A stretch of 64,000 bases of DNA. Origin: Lama guanicoe. Taxonomy: Eukaryota. The notes under the pieces are model-generated. The model searched no databases. It saw only the letters and a program-made list of their open reading frames with translations, and was not told where the DNA came from. Made by a program: the position numbers and the translations under genes. Below are positions 13,701-25,700 of this stretch, in pieces (position 1 is the first letter of the stretch; the number at the start of each line of letters is the position of its first letter). Where the stretch lies: NCBI GenBank assembly GCA_013239625.1, contig MU053561.1:1845818-1909817 (forward strand), written 5' to 3'.

Positions 13701-16700
13701 AATTATGGAAACAACTCCATTTATGATAGTATCAAAAAAATAAAATTCTTAGTAATAAATTTAATAAGGAGATAAAAGATTTGTACACTGAAAACCGTAA
13801 AACATTAATGAAAGAAATTGAAGAAGACATAAGACATAAATAAATGGAAAGGTACCCTATGTTCACTGATAGAATAGTGTTAAAATATCCATGCTATTCA
13901 AAGCCAACGATCAACTGAATGCAATCCCTATTGAAATTCCAGGGGTATTTTCACAGAAATAGATAAAACAGCCCTAAAATTTATATGGGACTACAGAAGG
14001 CCCCGAATAGCCAAAGCAAATGGAGAAAGAAGAGCACAGCTAGAAGCAACGCTCTTCCTGATTTCTAACTATACTACAAAGCTATAATGAAATAGTACAG
14101 TGCTGGTGTGAAAACAGACACTTACACAGATGGAATGAATTAAGAGCCTAGAAATAAACCCCTGCATATTCGGTCAACAAACTGACCAGGGAGCCAAGAA
14201 TACTCAGTGGGGAAAGGATTATCTTTTCAGCAAATGGCGTTGAAAAAACTGGATAGCCGCAATCAGAAAAATGAAATTGCACCACCATCTTTTTCTTTTT
14301 TTTATGGGGGAGGTTTTTGGAGTAGGGTGACTCCTGTCTTACACCACTCACAAAAATTAATTTGAAATGCATTGACGATTTAAACATAAGACACGAAACT
14401 GTAAAACTCCTAGAAGAAAAAACTCCCAGGGAGAAATCTCCTTGAAATTGGTCCCAGCAGTGATTTTTTTTTTTTTTGGATTTGACATGAAAAGCACAAG
14501 TAACAAAAGCAAAAATAAACAAGTGAGACTGCATCAAACTAAAAAGCTTCTGTATAGCAGAAAAATCAACAGAAAGGAGGCAACTTACAGAATTAGAGAA
14601 AATATTTGCAAACTGTGTATTTCAAATATATCAGATATAAGGAGTTAATATCTGAAACATGTAAGTGAACTCATACAACATAAGGCAAAATGACTAATAA
14701 TCTGGTGAAAAAATGGGCAAAGGACCCAAATAGACATTTTTCCAAATAAGGCATACAGATGGCCAACAGGTACGTAATAAGATGCCCAATAATAATCATC
14801 TGGGAAATACAAATAAAAACTATAATGAAATATCACCTCACACCTGTTAGAATGGTTATTATTAAAAAGATGAGATTACATGCTGACAAAGATGTGGAGA
14901 AAAGGGAACCTTTGTGCACTTATGGTAAGAATGTAAATTGGGATAGCCATTATGGAAAACAGTATGGAAGTTCTTCAGAAATTTTGAAATTGAACTACTG
15001 TGTGATCCAGAAGTTCTGCTTCTGGGTACGTATCCAAAAGAAATGAAATCATTATCTCAAAGAGATATCTGCATCCCAGCATTATTCACAATAGCCAAGA
15101 CATGGGGACAACCTAAGTGTCTATTGACAGATGAATGAATAAAGAAAATGTAGGCTATTAAACTCATACACTTAAATACTGAGTAATACAGAACATTTAA
15201 GCAGCAAAACTGTATATTATATATAATGTATATAATATGTGCACATGTATTTTATACACACACACCACCACCACTATCAACAACACATTTTAATAGGATG
15301 GGAGTACCTACACATGTTTTGCTTGCTCTGTTCTCTTACAAATAGTACTCTTTTTGCTATAAATATTAAAACAGCTTTTGTGTTTTCTACTGTGGATGTT
15401 AGAATTTGGAGAGAAATAAGTGAAATTGGGAAGCCCTAATTTTTGATACTCAGGTATTCAGATTATCATTGCAGCAGTGCTCCTTAGCAAAGATTGTAGC
15501 CAGAGATAAAAGACATGGTGGACAGAGTTATGGCTGCAGTGAACTTATTCTGTGAATTTGTATTTATTTTACTGGGATTCAGAGTACTTTCAGGAGTGTG
15601 TCTTAAATGTTTACAGTGATGCTAGGATTTGAGCTTTAGGTTAGAAAAAATCTAGGTTGGATTGAACAAGTGAAAGATTGGAAAGTAATTAGCAGTATTT
15701 AAGCAATGTAGCAGAACATTGCATGACTGCAGCCTCCAGAGTTCTGAGCTTTTATTAACAATTACTAAAGGAAAGGTGTGATTCCAAAAACCATGGTGTC
15801 CAGAACGCTTAAAGTTCTGTTCTCTTTCTGACCTTTGTCCTGAGAGATGTTCAGGAGTGATTCCACAAACTGACTGCCAAATGCATGTCTGCTTGCTTGC
15901 TTTGTTTCGCGCCTCCCCCCTCTCCCGCCCGCCCCACTGTGAGTGGCTTTCCTCACTTCCTGGTGATCCTCGAGTGTCAGCTGTGATCAGGAGGGAGGAA
16001 CTGAGAAGCTACTGGGAAGCTTTGTGTGCGTGGACACGGGTTATTACTCGGTGGATCTTGAGGCAGATGATGAGCAGGGACTCTTGTTTCGATGGGGGAA
16101 ACGTCCCTTATTTATCAGAATCTGTAGGTCCTTTGGTTTGAGCCTCTTAGTTTCCTAGAAAGGAATCTTCCAGGGGTATACGCGTGGATGTCTGTTTTGG
16201 AAGCCAGTTAGGAGCAGGAGCTGGAGCTATTACTGTTGAGTGTAATACCTTAACTAAATCCCCTCCTTTCAGCTGTGCTTGGGGTTCTGGAGTCCAGAGA
16301 CTCTCTAGTTCAGCATCTCCCAAGAATAAACCTTCCTGTTGCTGTGGTGGTAAAGAAATCAGCACCTTGCTGTGCTGGCTCGGGGCAGGGTGGCTGCAGA
16401 TTTGAGTGCTTTTATGCAAACTTTTAACTCAGCCTCCTCTTTTTAGTCCCACTTCACATCACAGCCTTTAGAAGTTCTTAGGACCTCCAATTTCTGAGCC
16501 TTTTTATTGTTCTGCAATAATAATAACAACACTAATAGCTAATGCATATATGCACTTTGCATGTATTAATGCATTAATCCTGTGAAGTAAGCACCACTGC
16601 TGTCCCCGTTATATAGGGAATTGAGTCATGGCGAGGCCAAGCACTGGCCCAGACTGTCATAGCAGGAGCAGAGTGGACTCAGGATTTGAAGCAGAGCAGT

Positions 16701-19700
16701 CTCTCTTCAATCCAACACTGCCTTTCAGAATAGACTAGCTTGCTTCATATTGGTTACCCCATTTCTGCAAGCAGTTAGGTTTCTCTGCTTTGCTAAGTCA
16801 GTTATTTCTAGTCCACTGACTGTTCAAAATTCTGATGATGCTTCCCTGCTTCACGTTCTCTCCCGTGCTCTTTGTCTCTGTTTTTATGTCTACTGCATTG
16901 CTTCATTGTCATTTTGGGATCAGAGATAAATGTTGGTGTTCAATCCATATTTTTAACTGAGATTTCTCAGAATTCTTACACTTTCTCTGTTTCGTGCATT
17001 GTTTTGTTGAGTTTTTTTTTTTTTCCCGTAACACCTCCACAACTTACATATTCTCCATTGTCCCCAGGTTGCCGGACAGGTGAAGCAAAATTGACGAAAG
17101 GATTCAACCTGGCTGCCCGGTTCATCATTCACACAGTGGGGCCCAAGTACAAGAGCCGCTATCGCACGGCCGCTGAGAGCTCCCTGTACAGCTGCTACAG
17201 AAACGTCCTTCAGCTGGCAAAGTACGGCTGGCGCATCTCCTAGGCCCAGCGTGCCACTGGTGCTGAAAGGCCCTGGTTTTAAAAGGAAGCCTAGCTATAA
17301 AAATCAAATTTTGAGGGAATGAGTTAATTTAGGAGGACCATGAAGATAGAATTAATCATCTTCTCAAACTTGGCAGAACAACAGGAATGGTTTTGGGTGA
17401 CTTGAGATTGAACCTGTTTCCATTTTACCCAGTTCCCATTTTACTCAAGAGTATATTTCCCCCACATGGTGCAGTTAAATTATATATTAATATAATTATT
17501 AGATAGTACAATTGGGTTAATTATTCTAGTAGATTTGTTGTTGAAGGGACAGGGAAGGAGCAGTTAAGGTACATTTTTTGTAATTAGTTATGTATTATAA
17601 ATACTTTTAGTGTAATTTTTGTGTTTTCTGTTTGATTGCAGAGAGCAGTCAATGTCTTCTGTTGGATTCTGTGTCATCAATTCTGCAAAACGAGGTTATC
17701 CTTTAGAGGATGCCACACACATAGCACTTCGTAAGTAGTTTTGGAGGTACTGTACATAAATTGACATAGCCCTTTGTAAGTAGGATTGGGGACGCTGTCC
17801 ATAATAAGTTTTAAAAAGTTTTTTTTATCACTAGTTAGTTACAGCCAACGAAGATTTGTTGATTAGCTGATCATAGCACCCTGGAGGGAAGTTTGTATTG
17901 ACAGGTTGTAGAATTCTTGGTTTACTATCTAAGGTGATAGTTTTATCCATCTGAATGAAGGCTTAGAAGATCTGACTGTTCATGCAGAGGCTGAATGAGA
18001 CCATCTCATTTGGGAGGGAAACTATACTAGATGATATTTAAGACCCTTTCTGTCTCTAGAATTTAAAGATGAAGTCTTATATCCACCAAAACTTTTTAAA
18101 GATGTTTGAATGTGTGAAATTATTATTATATAGGTAGATCTAGGGTGAGGTCATGTTCAGTCTTAAATAGTCTTATTTAATAATTGGCTATGTTAAAAGA
18201 TCCCTGTTGCTCAAGGATTTTGTAGTAAATTTATGTGTTTTATAGTTTACAGTTTATATAGATTATATTTACACCAAGATTCTTGAGAAACAGATCTTAC
18301 CTTTTCATCTTTGTATTTCCAATGCTTCCATGTGACAAGAATGCTTTACATATGGTACTTGCTCAAGAAATATGTGTTTTTAAAAGGAATAAAGAAATTC
18401 CACTTTATTTCTTCAGTAACCCTGTGTTTTAGGTAGTATGGTGTCATTTTACAAATAAAGAGGCTCAGAAATGTATCACATTCTCAGGGTAATGCAGACT
18501 GAGAACATATATCCAGGCCTCTGACTCCCAAGCCTTGTAACCTGTCTGTTAGACTAGATAATTCACTGTGCTTGAGTTAGAACTCCTTCGATGGGAAGCT
18601 ACTATGTTATAGCTAGTCTGTGTGTGTTCTAATGGTGCCTTATCAAAGCAAATTCCTGCCTCTATGTAACTCTTCCTGGCAAGGCTTTTGGCAGGCCTCA
18701 ACTTTCTCTGATTTCACCTCGCCTGTGCGCTGTCATCTCATAGCTTGAGCTAAACCTTCTTTGGATTAGAATTTAAAGAGGCAGAATCATTTTGTAGAAA
18801 AGTCTCTGGAAAGGGAGTCAGGAAGACTGGTTTTTGGTCCCAGTTTTACCAGTCTAACTCTAGTTCTGTGGCCCCAGATAAATCACTTGATAAAGTACCA
18901 TAGAGATGTTAGCTTTGAGCAGGAATCATAGTAACAGCAGATAAAGATCAAAAGTAGGCATAAGGGACTTTGATGAGACAATTTCTAGCAATTTAATTAG
19001 CACAGAGGAAATGTACAGCTTAAAGATGAGCACGTTAACTTGTATTTTATAAGACCTGTTTGACTTATTACACTGTAAAGCTAATAACAAAACTATAACA
19101 TCTCATTAAAAAATACACACAAGAAAACACGCATAGACAGTTGTGCCCTTTGCTCACATACTTTCTGACCATCTGGGAAATAAATTACTTGTATGCTTTT
19201 GTAGCATATATGGGCCAAGAACAAGTCTAATGATGTGGCTCTAAGTCCTTAGTTCCAAAGCTTTCTTATGTATTAAACTATTATTGACTTTTTTTTTCAT
19301 TTAAAACATAAGTAGTATTTTCTTAAGCAATCTATCAAGACCATTTATCTTTTTTCCTTAGTTCATGTGCAGTTCAGTTCTTCTCCAGAAGAAGCCTAAA
19401 GAAACATCTACATTGAAATAAATTTATCAGGTTATTTATTCATGCCACAAAACTTTGAGTGACTGCTAAGTCTTAGGCCCTGTGCCATATAGAAGAGGAT
19501 ACAGTGGTGAGAAAAAAGACAACAGTATTGTTGTTGTGTTTCCAGGTTGGGAATTTTAACATCCCAGATGTCATTCTCACAAGTTAAAGAGTTTTTACTA
19601 AAAGTGAGGTGCAGATGAAACTTTGGAAGGAGCAGTGTGGACTGAGCTGGGAGTTAGTCCTGAAACCTTGTAGCTGTAGTATCACTCCTTTTTTTCTTCA

Positions 19701-22700
19701 TTTCGCAACATTGCTTTTCTGAATGAACTCTTGCTGCAGAGAGAATTCAATCTGGTTATAATTCGGCATCATATTTTGTCGTCCAGAGGAAATCCCACAG
19801 TTACATGCTGGGGAATTATTCCGTGTGAACATTAAAACTTCATGTCAGAGTAAATAGGATAGAAAAAAATCTTGTTTTGAAATTTTATTTTTTAAAAATG
19901 ATTAAAGCAGAATAGAGGGAGAAATGAAAAATAAATTTGTCACCTAACAAAGAGAGAATCATGAAGATGTGTTCAGTCCTTCAACAAATAGGTCTCCTCT
20001 GTTAAGTCCTCGAGATAACAGTAGTAAACAAGGCAGGCAGTATGTCGATAACCAGAGACATAAAATGTTCATTCAGTTACTAGTTACTCTGAATGATTGC
20101 TTGCCATATTCCTAAGGTGTGCTAGGCCCTGGTAGTGTTAATGTTAAGCTTCCTTGGCCTTCAGAAAGCTCTGTCTAACTATAAAGTGCTATGAGAAGTT
20201 CACAGATGGAGGGCTATTCCAAAGATTGTAGGAGGAGCACAGGGGAGGATGGAGTTCTACTCAGAGGAAATGGCTTTTGACTGGGTCTTGAAAAATGAGT
20301 AGGAGTTCACTGAGAGAGGGTCATGGTAGATGAATAGTATTCTAGTTAAAGGTAACCGTGCCGGCAGAGGTAGGGTAGTACAAAAGTAAGGGGCGTATTC
20401 TCAGGACGGTGAAGAAGCCAATGGCTAAAGCGTAAGATGTGTGGGAGGAAAATTAGAAATAGGAGTAAGGGGCAGAGGTGGAGGGGTGGTTAGTTGCCAG
20501 AGTGTGGAGAGCCGTGCTAGGGACTTTTGAGTCTTAACCGATAAGCAGTGCAGAGCCATCAAAAAAGTGTTCAGTAAGGAGGGTGACATAAGATAACTCA
20601 GGCATCAGTGAGTATATGGACTTGGGAAAGAGAAATGAGAGTAGTTGAGAACATATTGCCAAAGTCTTTGTAAGCAATGAGCACCTGGGAGCAGCTGAAA
20701 CACAGAAGCAATGGCTCTTAGAACTATCAGCAATAGAATTTAAAGGGCATGATAACCCATTGTAAGTGCAGGATACAGGGAGAAGTGAAGGAAGTATCAA
20801 AAAATTCAGGATTCTAGTTTAGGTGAGTGGTTGGATGTTGCTATGTAACTGAAATAAGGAATACAGGTAAAGGAGCAGGTGTCGGGGGAAGATGGCAGTC
20901 AGGTTTGGACGTGTTGAGTTTGAGGTCTGGGTTATCTGGGCAGATTTGCCCAGTAGGCAGTAAGGGATTCAGTTATTTTGTTCAGAAAAGAGAATATAAA
21001 GATTAGGGAGCCATTGGCATTTGGTGTAGTACCTAACCATCAAATTAGTGAGCTCCAGAGGAAAAAGAATATAAATTATAAATATGAATAAACACGTGTG
21101 TATGTGTGTGTATGTGTGTGTGTATATATATATGTTTTATATATATATACATATATATAAAATTTTAAATGGGGGGGCAACATTTTTAGAAGGTGGGTCT
21201 TGGGCATTTTAGAACTAAAGCTAGAGAGATCTCTAATAAGTTAAGGACTGAGAAAAGGCCACTAGCTCTCATTGTTAGGAAGCTGATAGAGAAAGAATTA
21301 GTATAAGATAGAAATTAAGGAAAAATAATTCAGTTTTGGTTTGATGGGATCTTGACAGGGATAAAGGGCTGAGTAGGACATCTAGTACTGTAACTGAATG
21401 AATGGAAAGACACTTGTGCTAGATCATTCTGGTCAGAGAGAGACCCCAGAGAATAAAAAGAGTGTACTGAATAAAGGAGAATTGTCTGGAGTCATCATCT
21501 TCTTTGGCCAGGCACAGGTTACTGGCAGTAAAGCGGTAAATAAAATAAAGCTCTTGCTGTTGTGGAGCTTTCATTCTAATGGATGGTGCCGGGAGGGCAA
21601 AGGGGATGTACAATAAACAGGAAAATCCACAGAACATCTAGAATAGTTGCTCTGTAGGAGAGCAGAGCAGGGGAGGGCTTTTAACTGGGGTAGTCTGGGC
21701 AGGCTTTACTGATAAGGTATCATTGGGCACAGACCTGAATGAAATGAGGAGTGATCCATTAAAAAAATAAAACTTTGGAGCGTTTGATTTTTCTACACAC
21801 ACAAGTAATTTCGTGTTTATTGAATAATCTTTCTGTTGTTTTCCTTTAGGCACTGTAAGGAGATTCCTTGAAATTCATGGGGAGACTATTGAAAAAGTAG
21901 TATTTGCTGTCTCTGAACTTGAAGAGGTATTTTGCTGGTTATCTTGCATTGTTTAAATCTTATTTTAACTTGTAAGTGTTCGCCTTTGGGTCTTCATTAT
22001 CTATTCACTGAATTGCCAGCAGGCAAATCCTAAATATCTATGTTTGTATTTGGCAGTGGGGTTTACCGTCATTTGTTGAAAAAGACTGTATTAGAGACTA
22101 AAGACAGATTTTCCAAGGGAGGAGCAAATGACAGTAGTCATACAAGCATAAACACAGGCGTACAAGTAAGGAATAGCATGAAGAGTGTAGTGTACTGCAT
22201 CAAATTTAAGGCTAGGAGTGGCAAAAATGAAAATTAGGCAGGACCACTCAAGTCCTGGTGCCTTGTGCTATGGAACTTAGACTCTATCAATTATGCAGTG
22301 GGGAAACATAGAAGAGCTTTAAGCAGGCAAATGATGTAGTCTGATTTCTACATTAGCTGTGTGGAGGGTGATTTCAAAGGAGAAAGACTGGTGACTCAGA
22401 GGGATAATCGGTGGTTCTAGTTCTCCAAGTGAGAAATGATCAGGCCTGAATAAGGGCACTGGTGGTGTTGAAATTTCACAGAACATTTAGTAAACAAGTT
22501 CAGCTGGAGTTGGAAGTCATAAATATGGAGGGGAAAAGAAGAAGACTAAGGATGACTTCTAGGTTTCTGGCTTGCGTGACTGAATAATGGTGCCATGAAT
22601 GAGATAGCAAGTAGGAAGAGGGAAAAGTTGTAGGGGAGAGAGGATGAAGACAGTTCTCTTTTGAACATGTTGAATCATGGGGGAGCAGTGAATTCAGCAG

Positions 22701-25700
22701 ATCAGCAGGCCATTGTTCATATCAGTCGAAAGCTGAGGAGTGAAGTGTGGGCTAGAGATTTGGCCATTGTTGTGGAATAGGATAGCAGGTGAGATACCAA
22801 GATAAGATATCCTGCTCTCAGGGCTTTGCAGGCTAATAGGTAGGTAGCCAGATAAACAAAGACCACCGTGTGGTGAGTGCTGTGCTGGGAGAGTACATCA
22901 CAGTGCTGTGGCAGTACATCAGGGCTCCTGACCCAGACCCAGGGGACCAGAGGAAAATTCTTCACTCTCAGTATACCTGAAAAAAGTTGTCACCAACGTT
23001 TATCATCCAGGCCCAACAGACTTTTTAAAAAATCATTTATAAATAATTTATTGAAGAATTAAAGGATAATGAAAAACAAGCTTAGAAGTATTTCAGTAAG
23101 AATTTAAACATAACAAACCTCTTTGTATTATGTAAATTTTGTTGCACAAACATCAAAAAAGATGAAAGAGTACTGTCACATCTTTTTAGTAAAATGATAA
23201 GTCCAGGTTCTTATCGCAAAATTCTGTAGTAAGTCCTTCCTGTGGTGACTAATTCAGAAGGTCATATTTCCACTTTGTCCTTAGAAATATGTTGTTGGGG
23301 GCAGGGTAGAGCACAGGCTTAGTATGCGTGAGGTCCTGGGTTCAATCCCCAGTACCTTCATTAAAAATTAGTAAGTAAATAAACAAACAAACAAACCTAA
23401 TTACCTCCCCTCCAAAAAAATTGTCTAGGATATTGTCATCTGAAGACTCAGTGTATGAGATTTCACTTTATATGATCAGTCTTACTTCATCATTGTTAAA
23501 GTGGTGCCATCTTTCCCTTTACATTCATTTTTGATTCCTTAATAATTCTGAAATGTCATCTTTGTTCAGTTGTATTCTCTTTACTATTTTGGGCTGAAAA
23601 TGAAAGATTCTGATTTCTCAAAGCTTTCCAATGAGAGTTAAAAGCAGGCTGCACGTAAAAATAGAGATGCAACAGTTTTTAATAAAATATTAGCAAACTG
23701 AATTCAGCAACATGTAAAAGGATTATATGACATCACCAAGTGGGATTTATCCTAGGAATGTAAGGTTGGTTCAACATACCAAAAGCAAATCAATATAATG
23801 CACTGTATTGATAGAATGAATGATAAAACCACATGATCATCTCATTAGATGCAGAAACACTGGGCAAAAGCCAGCATCCTTCCATGATAAAAACACTCAG
23901 CAAACCAGGAACAGAAGGGAACCTCCTCAACCTGATAAAGAGCATGTATGGAAAACCCATAACTAACATTATACTTAATGGTGAAATGCTGAAATCTGTC
24001 TGCTTAAACTCAGGAACAAGACAAGGGTGTTCACTCCCACCAATTCTATTCAGTATTTTACTGGAGGTAAAACTGTCTCTATTCACAGGTGCAAGATCTT
24101 GTGTATAAAAAATTCCTACATCAGAAATTGACACAACATTGTAAACTGACTATACTTCAATAAAAATATACATATACAAAAAAAAGTCCTAAGAAGTCCA
24201 CAAAAAAACTATTAGAACTAATAGAGTTCAGCAGCATTACAGGATGTAAGATCAATATAAAAAAAAAGTGTTTCTACACACTAGCAAAGGATAATCTAAT
24301 AATGAAATTAAGAAAATAGGTGCCTTTAGAGTAACATCAAAAAGAATCAAATATCTAAGACTAAACCAAAGAAGTATAAGGCTTATACAGTGAAAACTAC
24401 CAAATATCTTTGAAAGAAAATTTAAAAGACCTCAATAAAGAGAAAGATACTCTGTTTTTGGCTTAAGACTTAATGTTGTTAAGATAGCAGTATTTCCCAA
24501 ATTTTTCTACAGATTCAGCAAAATTCCTGTCAGAATCCCAACTGACATTTTGATAGAAATTGACAGGTTGAGTCCAAATTTCTCGTGGATATGCAGGGGA
24601 CCCAGTATGGTCAAAACAACCTTGAAAAAAAAAAAGAATCAGAGGATGTATACTTGACCTATTTTGAAACTTACTCGAAGTACAGCAATGAAGACTGTTT
24701 TGCTGGCATGAGAATAAACATACGGATCAATGTGATAGAATTTTTGACAAGGCTGCCAAGACAATTCAATGGAGAAAGTAGTCTTATCAACGAATGGTAT
24801 TGGAGCAACTGGATATCCCCAGCAGAAGAATGAAGTTGAACTCTTCAACCATGTAAAAGAAATTAGCTCATAATTGATCTAGGGCCTAAGTGTAAGAGCT
24901 AAGGCTACAAAACTGTTAGAAGGAAACATAGGTATAAATCTTCATGGCCTTGCATTAGGCAATGGTTTCATGCATATGACATCAAAAACAGAAGCAGCCA
25001 AAATAAAATTGGATGAATTGGTCACTCTTAGAATTCAACAGTAAAAAGACAACCCAATTTTAAAATGGGCAAAAGTTGGTATTTACTTAAAGGAGTTGAA
25101 AATTTATGTCCTCACAAACACCTCCAAAAGGATGTTTATAGCAGTTTTACTAATCTTTGCCAAAAGGGAAACAACCAAGATGTCCTAAGTATGGATAAAT
25201 AAACTGTGATACATCCAGACAATGGAATATTATTCAACACTAAAAAGAAATGAAGCTATCAAGCCATAAAAAGATACAGAGGGACCTTAAGTGCATATTA
25301 CTAAGTGAAAAAAGCCAATCTGAAAAAGCTGCATCCTGTATGATTCCAACTCTGTGACATTCCAAAAAAGGCAAAATTATGAAGACATTAAAAAGATCAG
25401 AGGTTGGAGGTGGTAGGGAGCAGTGAATAGAGCACAGAGGATTGTTAGGGCAGTGAAAGTGCTCTGTATGGTACTATAATGGTGGATACCAGTCATTGTA
25501 CATTTGTGCAGACCTGTAGAATGCACAACACCAAGAGTGAATCCTAATAGAAACTATGGGTAACTAGGTTTGTCAGTTGTAACAAAGGTACCACTCCAGT
25601 GGGGGTTGTTGATAGTAAGGCTATGCGTCTGTGGGGGCTATGGGGATCTGTGAAGTCTCTGTACCTTTTTTGCAGTTTTGTTGTGAATCTTAAACTGCTA

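Noticed and set aside
11485..15150. Active L1 or domesticated reverse transcriptase
   Set aside because: No ORF1 or promoter, many stops and frameshifts, and an RT motif deletion.
23297..23356. tRNA gene
   Set aside because: The D-arm/A box is missing and a SINE tail follows.
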